A stretch of DNA of 64,000 nt from positions 2,974-66,973 of the forward strand of contig CAZOZN010000002.1 in assembly GCA_964584335.1 (NCBI GenBank), in the 5' to 3' direction. Each line of letters starts with the position of its first letter. The stretch's first letter is position 1. Below the pieces are notes generated by a model that was not told the origin of the DNA, did not search any database, and saw only the letters and a program-made list of their open reading frames with translations. Positions 1 to 12,000 of this stretch are shown here, piece after piece. The DNA is from an uncultured archaeon (GTDB lineage Archaea; Aenigmatarchaeota; Aenigmatarchaeia; PWEA01; JAGHBM01). A program made the position numbers and the translations under genes.

Positions 1-54
1 GCCTTCTGGATGCTTCTTGAGGTATTTTAGTATCTTTTTTTCTATTTCTTCCAT
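1..54 (-). CDS. 5' part of a small winged-helix protein (second copy, runs off the left edge)
   Basis: Reads MEEIEKKILKYLKKHPEG, identical to the N-terminus of the 12832-13035 gene; SD-like AGGTGG just upstream. Confidence 0.8.
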   Translation of the reverse strand, partial: MEEIEKKILKYLKKHPEG

Positions 55-55
55 T
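1..55. repeat. Direct repeat copy 1 (55 bp visible, may extend left)
   Basis: Base-for-base identical to 12982-13036. Confidence 0.95.
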
Positions 56-64
56 CATCCACCT

Positions 65-82
65 TTATACATATATGTACAA
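65..82. promoter_or_regulatory. 18-bp near-palindrome TTATACATATATGTACAA upstream of wHTH copy, candidate operator/TATA region
   Basis: Exact reverse complement occurs at 13117-13134, upstream of the other wHTH copy. Confidence 0.55.
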
Positions 83-94
83 CATTTGTGTATA

Positions 95-3000
95 TCATTT
101 TCTCGTCCTCAGTATCGCTATCAAAACAATCAAAATCAAAAACGCAAGTATAATAAGTATCCACATCAAGGGAAGTTCTTCCTCTCCCTCGACCTTGAAG
201 CTCTCGAATGCCATTGCCTCCCTTCCAGTGTAAGTAATTAAAGTCTCGAAAATATACCTCCCCGGCTCCATGTCATCAGGGGTACTTAATGATATTTCCT
301 TTACCTTCCCCTCTCTGACAGCGAATGTTTCTCCCCTCTCATCTATTACGTCTCCGTCCATGGTCTTTATAGAATAGGTTCCAAGTACATCGACCTTTGC
401 CTTGGGCCCTCCCTTGTTTATCATCTCAAGTACTGCGCTCAACTCGTCTCCGGACCTTATTACCTCGCTTAAAATCTTAAGAGATATATCGAATAACGGG
501 ACATAAGCATGGGTGTACATTTCTGTTTTTATGTGCCTGTCTCTTGTAGGGTCGAAACCTGAAATCAGTGCAGGCAATGTCCACTGGCCACCGCCTAAAA
601 TTGTGACATTATATTCTATAGTTATGTTTTCCTTGTCATAGAGATACGTATCCCATTTTGGAGTTGAATTGTAAGTAAAGTTGTATAGGTACACGGAAAC
701 TTCCGAGCCATCAGGAAGAATATCAATAGAATCATTCAGAACAAGATAATCCGTGGTATTGGTTAGATTCTGCTCCCCTATTGTTCTGTTGACATATGTA
801 ACGGATATATTGCCTATAACACCTCCTGAAGGAACATAATCTGACAGGTAAATATCACCTATAGGACCTCCCCTTGCCTCCAAGAAAATACGGAAAGTTA
901 CAAGCTGGGGGTTTTCAGGATTTGGATAATAAAAGTCTTTCCAACCCCTGAGAAGAGTTTCGGAAGCAGTTATATTGAAATCCTTCGTTATTTCCTTAGA
1001 GTTATCATTAACATTCAGGAAAGTTCCGTTTGTAGTCATGGTCCTGTAATCCCCCGCCTCCATACGAGAAGAGTTCATCTGATAAAACAGCCTTATTGTG
1101 TCATTTTCCTGCATGTAAGTTCCGGCAGAAGTATCAGATATGTTTGTTATGTTAACTGAAATTATTTTGTTCGCGGAACCGCCGGGGTCCGTTACGTTGA
1201 CATTAATGTCGTTGGTTATATCTACGGGACTCTGGCCAAACTCAACAAAATAAACATATATTTCAGAAGAATCGGGTTCCTGAAAATCATAGGGAACCTC
1301 ATCCGTTATGTTTATCTGGTAAATATCAATGACAGTTCTGTTAACAGTCAAATCCGTAGTAACGTTTATAGTTTCGTTCTCAAGAGCCATCAAAATGCTT
1401 GGCAAAAACGTTTTCTCTATTTTCAAGTCCATTGTGGTTATAGTAAAGGTTATGCTTGTAGAATTCATGTTTCCGTAAGTGTCGTTGCAGTAAAAGTTAA
1501 CAAGGTAAGAACCGTCTGAAAGTTCGGTAGTCAAGTTGTAAAAATGAGTGGAAGAGTCGTTATCCATGGTGAAGTTCGAGCCGCCGTTAAGAGAATAGCC
1601 GCACCAATCTCCTGTTTCATCAAGAGTAACATTAAACCAAATGGTATTGTTAGGATATGTTATGTTGTAAGGGCTTTCTATAGTTATGCTTGGCGGGTCA
1701 GTCTCTGTTGTGTTAAAGTTGTATATCTCCGAGATGTTCCAGTTACCGGAAGTATCGTTCGCCCTTACCTGCCATGCAATCCAAGCATCATGGGTGGAGT
1801 TTACCACCTTTGTAACGTTGGACCAGTCTTCCGTACCGGAAAAGCCACCGCTTTCATCAGTCCATGTATCATTCTGCCAGCCACCACCGGATGAGCTTAT
1901 GTTCCAAAATATTCTTTCTTCATATAAATTACCAGAACCAGTAGGACCAGAAAGTAGGTCAAACCTTAAAACTAATTTACTACCACCAAGACAATCAGAG
2001 ATAATTGTTGCATTTTCTGGACTCCCTTCTGTACTACCATAAGAAACAAAAGTTGAATCAGTATTATTTAGACAATAGTAATTAACATCTGGTACTCCTG
2101 CCCCATCAATTGTTGCATTAATCTCATTAATAGCAGCCCCAACATCCGAAGGAATTGTATAATTAACATATATATAACAAGTTGTAGTAGGGCCTGAAAC
2201 AGATGTGAACGTAGTCCAGTTTTCGTCATAAGCGTTTGCTGGGTTGCTGCAATCTCCACTGTAACCATTTTCATCCTCCGTGTCATCAACTGTTAAAGAA
2301 TAAGAAGTTGTTTGTTCTACACAATCAGTCCCGTTCCAAGTACCGTTGCACAAGGAAAATATATAACCGTCAAGGCCAAATGTATCGGTCCACCTTAGGC
2401 TGAAGAGAACCGGCTCTCCTGCTCCGGTGGAATTGGTTGAGGGGTCATAATATCTCGGTGGCAAATCTATTGTAACGTTTCTTCCGGTCCTGTTTGCATT
2501 ACCGGCGGAATCTATCGCCCAAGCCTCGTAGTCGTAAACTCCCTCGGAAAGAGAAGTAAAGTTATTTTCCAGACGGTAAATGCCGTTGTGATATGAAGCA
2601 TTAATCTCTTGCCAGCTCAAGCTCCTGTTGTATATCTTGACCTCGTCTATCCTGCCGTAAAAGAAGTTTGATGAATCATATTTTTTACCTATATAAAGAG
2701 GTTGAGTAGTTGTAGAAGGTCCATAACTGGCAAACATGTCAGTCTCAGTACCCGGACCATCACCGTTAACATAAATCTCGTAATCGCTGGTTTCCTTGCC
2801 GTCCCAAGTACCTACAACATGATACCATTCGTTTTCATCACAATCGGTACAATCATATCTAACATCATGAGAAGTACCATCCTCTTGATTTGAAAAATGG
2901 AAGTAACCTCCACCGCCAGCGTTATATTCTATAAACAAATTTATGTTTTTCTTGTCAAAGACTCCTGTATAATAACCCTTAGAAATTAAATAACCTATAA

Positions 3001-6000
3001 ATGATTCGGGTCTTACCCATGCCTCAAGAGTAAAAGCGCCTGTCGGATTGATGCTGCTATCATTCCCGCAATTTACATACTCGCTTCCGTTAAATTTCAA
3101 AGCCCTTCCACGCTTTCCGCTTACAGTTTTGTTTTTACCGAAGTCAGCCATGATTCCGTTATTTCCATAAGATGAATTATCGAAAACCGTGCCGTTTGTT
3201 AAAACATGCTCAAAGTTCCAGTAACCGAGCAGGGAATTATTCCAGTCAAAGAATGCCGACGTGGTTGTATTGTCTGTCACGGTCGCGTTAAGATATACAA
3301 AAGTCAAGTTAACACTTTCATCGTCTGAAGGAGTGGGCTCCTCCCAATTTATTTTCGGATAAACAGTATCAACAGTAAAGTTCCAATTATCGGATTGATT
3401 GGTAACAAGATTGTCACTTATGTTTACATACCATTCATGTGTCCCTTCTCCAAGACCGGACCATGTGCAGTTTGCGGAAGAACCACTGGTAACTGTAACA
3501 CCAGAAGAACTAACATTCCACCACATCGCTTCTTCATATATAGCACCCTGCATCGGATAACTATAGTCACCTATCTTTTCATAGTCAGTACCATTATAAC
3601 AATAATATTCAAAATTAGCGCTGAATGCGTCTGCAAAGAAATCCAAAAATAATTGCAAAGGTTCCTGATTTAGGCAACTGTCGGAAATGGTTATATTTCT
3701 GCTTCCTGATTCATCTTTAGTGTACCAAAAAGCGCCGAGAACAGAATTCGGTTTGGTATAATTTATATAATAATCTCCTACATTAGTAGTTTGTCCTGTA
3801 GTCCAACTTCCATCAATGTAGGCATGATCAGGCACATTATAACTTCCTCCGTAATTCATTAAGCTTGGATTCGTATCGGTTGGTGGGTCATCATCAGAAC
3901 CCGTCTGTTGTGAATCTGTATCAGACATATTTGAAAATTCCTGATAATAAAAATCATTTCCCCCGCATATCAAAGAACCGTCAGAAGCATTGTAAAAACT
4001 GACAGTCATATTATCTCCGTCATCGTCGTTAACAGTAACATTCAAAACTGTCTCATTTTCTTTTATGTAAGAGCCGTCTTCAGGTGAGTTTAAAACATAC
4101 TTGGGATGCCTGTTCTTTCTAACCATTATCTCATGTTTGTTTGTATCGTGACCTACAGTAAAGCTGGGTAGAATTCCGCTACCGTCAGTGGTTAAGTAGC
4201 TTACAAGAGAAGAGTCATTGTAAATGTTATATCCTGTAGCAGTTTGTAAACCACTTATGTTGTATCTGGCACTTAAAGATGCGGAACTCGTATCATTCCA
4301 TTTCACAAGAGTCTGGTTTATGTTAATCAGATATCTTGTCAAAGACTGGCTAGCCGTAGATAAAGAAGTGTTAATCCAAACAGTTTCTTCTGTATCGTTC
4401 TTATAATTAAAAGCGCTTGCTGTATCAGATAAATAAAATTCTCTTGAAGAAGTAAAGTTAGTGTCCTGAAAATAATTTTTTGAACCAGCAGTATCCAAGT
4501 AATAATCATCATCACTTGCTATTACAGAACCTCCTTCAAAACTGTTTTCACTGGCCAAACTTATATAGATACCATAAGAGCTTGCCCTTATGTTGTTATC
4601 CGTGAAAATATTTTCATCTGAACTTGAGAAAACATAAACAGCCGTGCTAGATTTTGCTGTAATATTATTATCGGAAAATGTGTTATTAGGGCTGCTAGAA
4701 CCGACGGTAAAAGTATAAGAATCCGCAGTTGCGTTGTTATTAGAAACGGTGTTGTTTGAGCTGGAAGATAAATTAATTGCAGCACTTGAAACCGCATTCA
4801 AGATATTTTCTGTTATATTGTTGTAAGAAGACGAGTCAAGATAAATTGCTTCGTTTTCACCCACAGTTATTGTATTGTTTTCTATTTTGCCTGAATCCGA
4901 GTCTGAAAAATAAATCCCCTTATCGCTGGTCGAATTGCTCATGTTAATTTCGCAGTTTCTGATTTCGACATTATTGAATCCCGTGCTATTTATACCGTAA
5001 GAGCCATTGCTCTGAAGATAGTTATTGTCGCAATTCAAAACGACATCATTGGAGTTTATGTAAAGTATCGTTCCTGTACAATCTGTTATGTTTTTAGTCA
5101 AAGTAGTGGATTCATTGACGTAATCACCGCAATCCAAAACCTTCTTTACCTTTATCTCGTGTTCCGAACCAAGGTTTATAGTAAAAGATGGAAGGTTGCC
5201 GGAGCCGTCCGTGATTAAGGTATAAGCAATCACAGAATTGTTGTAAACATTATAATATTCGTTTGAAAGCAATCCACTCAAGTCGTAAGTTGTCGTTACT
5301 CCGGAACCGCTCGTATTGCTGTCATTCCACTTCAATTCTCCCTGCTTCCAGGTTAACAGTTCTCTTTCCAGAGTTGCCTGCGTGGAAACGGAAGTATTTA
5401 GCCATATACCTGACGAAGAATCGTTCTTGTAGTTAAAGCTGCTTGAAGTATCATTTAAGTTTATTTCTCTTGCTGTCGTGAATCCAGTATCAACAAAGTA
5501 GTCCGCGTCCGAACCCATTAATACATAATCATCACCGGAGCTGGCGCTTATTACTCCGCCGGTAATGCCTGAACCCGAACCCTTGAAAAGCCTTACTCCC
5601 GCATTCTGACCGGTTATTGTGTTGTCTGTTAAGGTGTTGTCGGAAGAACCGAAAAACACTATACCCTCGTAACCGTCATCTATGATATTATTGTTCATTA
5701 CTATGTTGCTGTGATTTATCCACAATCCACGCCCCCTGTAATCAGAAATATCGGAATTCCAACCGCAGTAATAAAGACTGCTGTCGTTCATCAAAAATCC
5801 TTCAGAGCTGTAAACCCAGAAGAAGAAATGAGCGCTTTCATTTCCTCCGTTAACCTTTCCACCATTTGATATTATAGATTTGTCAAAAATCTCAAGATAT
5901 CCCCTTGGAGTAACTTCTATTCCAATATGACCGTCTCTCGAAGCATTAATAAGAAGCTTGGTGCGATTTACGTAATACCTGCCTACTATAGTTACATTGT

Positions 6001-9000
6001 TATTAACTATCAATGTCTCATTTGAAAGGACTGTCTTAAGGGTAGCATTGTCCTTAACTACCAAGGAACTCATATTTATGCTTCCCCTCCTGAAAACAAC
6101 TTCCATATCGCTATCTATCACAAGATTCTTGTCAGTTGTTATGTTCATGTTCTCGCAAGTTAAGTTTCTGTTTATTGTCCAGTTTTCTCCGTACTTTGGA
6201 GGATAACACCTGCTCTTTGTGGTAAAGGAATATGTCTGGGAATTATTCCACTTGTTTGAGGTATCGTTTGCGTAAACCTTCCAGGCAATTCCCGCGCCAT
6301 AAGTAGAGTTGATTACCTTGGTAACGTTTGACCAGTCCTGAGTCCCACCGTTTGGGAAAGAAGACCACGTGTCGTTGTGCCAATTATCGTCGGATGAGGT
6401 AATGTTCCAAAACATTGAGTACTCAAAAATCGCACCGTTTTGGTTAACATTCCTTATATTTTTCCAATCGCCTGAAGTATTATAACAGTACCAATCAATA
6501 TCTCCATTAATTGCATTAGAAAAAAATCTAAAAACTAGTTTAGAACTATCATAGTTCCAGCAAGAAGAAGGTATTGTAAGATTATCGCTGCCGAAACCAT
6601 CCTTAATTTTCAACAAGCTAAAGCTTAAGGCGCCATCGGGTTTAGTATAGTTAAAGTAATAATATGTACCAGGGCCGGAAATCGAAGTACTCCAATTTCC
6701 ATCACGAGATAATGAACCATCAGGACCGTCATCGTAGTAAGAACCGGTGTAATACAAAGCACAGTTTCCGTCAACAGGAGGATCTTCATCAGTTGAAGTT
6801 TGGTTAGTTGAATTGTCTGTCATATTTGTAAATTCTTGATAACATAAGCTTCCGCTAGATACAGCTCCGCAATCAGTCCCGTTCCAGCTACCGTTGCACA
6901 AGGAAAAAATGTAGCCGCTTAATCCGGAATCCTCCGTCCAGTTAAGTCCGAACTTTACGGCTTCACCGGCATAGCTTGAATTAGTGTAATTATTCCAGTA
7001 CTTTGGTGCAGCATTACCAACGACTCTTATCTCCTTTTCGCTGCCGTCATGGCTTATCGTAAAGCCTTCCAGTTCCCCGTTTGCGTCAGTGCTCAAAGTG
7101 TAAGCAAGAACAGAATTATTGTATACATTATAGCTTTCACTGGCATCGAGCCCGCTTATGTTGTATGTCGCAACCAAGGATGAAGAAGACGTATCGTTCC
7201 ATTTTACCAAACTAACTCCCCAGTTGGTTATCTTTCTTGTAAGGTTGTGACCGCCCGTGTCAACGGATGTGTTGACAAAAAGACCGCCGGAGTCGTGGTC
7301 ATAGTTAAACCTAGAACCCGTGTCCACGAGATGGATTATTCTTTCCCGGGAAAAATTTGTCTCAACGAAAGAGTTGTTGTATGAATTCGACTCAAGTCTG
7401 TAATCTCTCATGTTCGAGTGAATGGAGCCAAGTTTTATCAGGTTGTTTGAGGAATCATAAGCAACTAAACCATTTGTATTTGACTTGATTATGTTGCCTG
7501 TCAAATAGTTATCAAGAGATTTGTATATGTAAATTCCGCTTGTGCTATAAGTTACGTTGTTGTAACTTACGTTATTTGAAGATGAAGGAGTGGAAGAAAT
7601 CTTGAATATATAAATTCCTTTTGTGGCATTATATATTTCGTTATATTTTACTATGTTGTTTTCACTGCCGTGAACTTCTATTCCATAACAAAAATTGGAA
7701 CCATTAAATTCATTATTTAAAATATTATTGTAATTAGAATAAGACAACCTTAATAAGTATGAGTTAGATTCCTGACCTTTAAGTAAATTATTTTGAATAG
7801 TATTATTGTAAGATTGATAAAGACCGATTCCGTCTCCTTCTGTTCCCCTAAAAGTATTTTGAATTATAGTATTGTTTCTCGACTTTAAATAAATCTTTTG
7901 ATTTCTTCCGTCATAAAAAGTATTATTCTCAACTAAACAAAAATCCGAACCAGTATCTATAATCAAAGAAATCTCATCTAAACCAGTATGTTTAACAGTA
8001 TGTATAGTGTTGTTTTCAATTGTGCTGTTAGGACAGGAATCCAAATCAACGTTATAATTGGCATTATTGTGAATTGTATTGTTTAGAATAGTAGTGTTTC
8101 TGCCTGATTGGCATTGTATCCCATCGTAAAAATCCCTTATTTCGCAGTTCTTTATTGTATTGTAGTTTGAGCCGTCGCCTGTGTTATCCAATATAATTCC
8201 ATACTCATGGGAGCCCGCACCATCGCCATCAAAGGTGTTGCCCTGACAGTCAAAAGTAACACCGTCCTTACCATTGAAATCTATACATGTTCCGTCATAT
8301 TCCGCGGGTGTGGTTATCAACCTGACTTCATCCCCCGAAGAGGTGTTTCCAACAGCCGATTCACAGTCATCACAATCGGTGCACTCAGCTATGTTTGTCA
8401 CTGTGAATGTTCCTATTGAAGTAGAATTCTGGTTTCCGTAGGTGTTGTTTGCGTAGAACCTGTAACCAACCGCCTTGTTGAGACAGCCAAAAGGTATCCT
8501 CTTTGTTGTATTTGTCCAGTTGCCTGCCTGGAAAGTTGAAGTGCTTACGTTGGACCATCCGCCGGAGCAGTTGTTTGTTCCGTTCCAGCTGAAGGTATAA
8601 TTTGAAAGCTCGCTTTCGTCAGTCCACTGCGAATACATCTTAACATAGGTTCCGGCGTTAGGTCCGGTAACGTTATCGCCGAAGTTCGAATAACTCGGTT
8701 TTTCCACATAAGACAGTGTGGTGTTGAAGGTGTATATTTCAGATGTGTTCCAGTTACCGGATGTGTCATTTGCCCTTACCTGCCAGGCAATCCAAGAACC
8801 GACAGTAGAATTAACTACCTTGGTAACATTGGACCAGTCTTCCGTACCGGAAAAGCCACCGCTTTCGTCGGTCCATGTATCATTCTGCCAACCCGATCCA
8901 AGACAATTTGCTCCGTTCCACGTCCCGTTACAAAAACTGAAAATGTATCCGGAAAGACCGACGTTGTCTGTCCATCTCAGACTGAATTCAACATCCTCGC

Positions 9001-12000
9001 CAGCTCCCGTAGAATTAGTCGAGTTGTCAAAATACTTGGGCTCCTCTGAGTCAACAACAGTGTATGTCTGCATTGGCATCGTGTAATTCCAGTTATCGCT
9101 GGTGTCATTAGCATACAAGAACCATCCAATGAGAGAGCCTGCTCCGGCAGTTGCCTGACTAGATACGTTAGACCATCCATAAGTTTTATTCTCAGTGGTG
9201 GTGAACATCAAATCGTAGTCAGAGCCTGTTCTGTTAGCATATGAAATTACCGCGTAATCCATAGAATCATATTTTTCTGCGACAAGAGTTCCCCTATTAA
9301 TAGATATAGACCTGTCTCTGCCGTAAGTATACCTGTAAAGTCCCACAATATTTCTGCAGGACCAACCACCGTCACCTTTGCAGTATCTCATTCTGTAAGG
9401 AACGGTATAGTTAACGTGAACTATGTGTATATCGTTGTTTTCATCGATAGCGATAGAGGAATAACGCCCGACATCGCCTCCTGTATCGATAGCACCACAA
9501 TCCGGGCTTCCGCCAGAAATTCTACAGTACCTTAAATTGTCGTTTGTTGAATCATAATGGCTTATATGAGAAACCCCATTAGGAGAAAGTGCTATCGACG
9601 AAAAAGAACCGTAAACATTCGTAGCATGACTGTCAGCGTCCATGCAACTAAAGCTCATACTATTAAAACCACTTTCCTCGCAATATCTCAAGTTACCGGA
9701 ACTGGCATTCTGATGGCTTATTATAGAAATCAAATCTCTTCCAATGGCTATTGAATTGTAGTAACCAACATTTCCTCCAGATTCAACGTCAGTACAGGAC
9801 CAAGAGCCCCCATAAAACCTACAATATCTCAGGTCTCTGTTATCTATTTCCTGGTGTACGATTCTTACCATATCTTTATCTCCGACCGCTATAGAGCAAT
9901 AGTAACCATCCTGTGTCTCCGAGTCAGGCGAAGAACAGCTCCAGGAACCCCCAGAGTTGTTGCAGTACCTTAAGTCCCTACTGGTATCATTGTAGTGACA
10001 TATGTGAAGTACGTCAAATCTGTCTACTGCTATTGAAGAATGCATACCAACAACACCTCCCGTCTCCACTGCAGTACAGCTCCAAGAGCCCCCCGAATTA
10101 TTGCAGTATCTCAGGTCTCTGTTATCAGCATCATAATGGCTTATATGGTAGACACCGTTGGAATCCACCGCAATAGAACTGTCATATCCCAAATTATTTG
10201 TAGTTTCCACCGTGCCGTTTGTCTGGTCAAAAAACTTTTCAGTATAGTTGGTCCAGGAACTCGTACCGTTCCACGAGAAAGTGTATGAATCCAGTTCCAC
10301 GTCATCCTCCCAGAAGGCATAGTGCTTTACGTAATCATTTTGTTCAGGGTATGTTCCAGCCGAAGAGTTATCACCCTCTTTTGAATATTTCGGCGGCTCG
10401 GAATCTATTGTTGTGGTTGTGGAGGTTGTTGATGTGGTGGAGGTAGTTGAAGTGGTCGATGTGGTGGAGGTGGTGGAAGTTGTTGAGGTGGAGGTTGAAG
10501 TCGAGGTTGATGTCGTGGAGGTGGTGGAGGTTGTGGACGTAGATGTTGAAGTCGAGGTTGATGTTGTTGAAGAAGCACTGCATATACATTCTTGAAACGG
10601 CTGGCAATTATTCTGTACTGGCAACTTACAATCACCAAATCTGCATCCTGAAACAGTACAGTTTGGTTGATTAACCATACTACAAGAACCGGAAGCACAA
10701 TAACTCAAAGCTTGACAACTACTGTCACAGTCGTAAATTGTTGTTGTTGTTGTTGTTGTTTCTACGTCGCATACACAAAATCTCTCTGGAGCGTCATTGC
10801 ATGGGTCCGTGTCAAATATACATGGCGTGCTGTCGCATGTACCACTGCAACCCGGATAACTATCATCCGTACAATACCCCGTATCACAATTCTCATCCAT
10901 TTTTTGGCAAGCTTCCGCACATTCTTTATCATCCAGAGTCCCGTAATCCCCCCCGCTTTCCGCATCACCGTACCAGCCGTAGTCGTATGGCTCCATTGTT
11001 TTTTTGTTTTTTACCGCGTTATGGAGGTCCAGACGGGATATGTTTATTTCAAGAGTCGAGTTGTATTCGTAGATAATTGGAAGCCCTGTGCTCCTGAGCC
11101 TTTGCTTAAGGTCCGTTACGTTGAGTGTTTCTTTTTCAAGCAAAAGAAGCGATGCACCAGATACGTGAGGTGCTGAAAAGGAGGTTCCGGTTCCGGTTCC
11201 TGAAGGCGTGGTTATGTTTACTCCGGGAGAAAAAGAGTCAAGGGTGGGATTGACTGAAGAAAAATTTGCTATGTTGTCATTATCATCCGTGGCTCCTACG
11301 GAAAAAACCTTTGAGCCGCACGCGGGCGCTTTCATGCTCCTGTTTCCCTCGTTTCCGGCGGCGGCGACAACAAAAATCTGCTGGTCAAACGCCTGTGCGC
11401 TCATGCTAGCAACGAGGTTTGAATCGCAAAAACCGTCGTAATTTCCCGAACCTATGGAGAAGCTTATCAAATCGGGCTCCTGGTCTATGCACCATTCAAG
11501 ACCTGCAAGTACGTCCGATTCGTAGCCAAAACCGCTTCCGTTTATAACCTTTGCAACAAGTATATCCGCATCAGGTGCAATTTCATCTATTATCGAAACT
11601 ACTTTTGTGCCGTGTCCGTTGTTGTCTTCGGGGTCGGTATCATTGTTAACAAAATCATAACCGTCTAAAAAATCGATGCCGGAAACGCCCGTGTCCAGAA
11701 CACAGACAGTCTTTCCAGAACCTGTCAAGTTAAATTCATCTACTGACTCGTTCCATCTTATTATTGGAAGGGATTCCTCAAGCAGGAGAGAGAATTTGCT
11801 GTCTATTCTTATCTCCAATATATCAGTATTGTTTCTAAGTAATTCGAGGTCCTCTTCACTTAATTTGGTAGAAATAAAATTAATCCTGTCAAGACCCTTT
11901 GTTTTCCTGTCATAGCTTTCACTTCCTCTCAGGGAAGGTATTCTTTCATTAATCAATTTCCAGTAGGCAGACTGGTTTCTTGCCCTTACCAAAACTCTTA

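Noticed and set aside
1730-8893. Diversity-generating retroelement TR/VR pair
   Set aside because: Both copies are in-frame parts of one gene, differences look largely synonymous rather than adenine-specific, and no reverse transcriptase is in the window.
10371-10760. Pro/Gln/His- and Val/Glu-rich ORFs, or a CRISPR-like array
   Set aside because: They are alternative frames of the Thr/Ser linker; there is no repeat-spacer structure.
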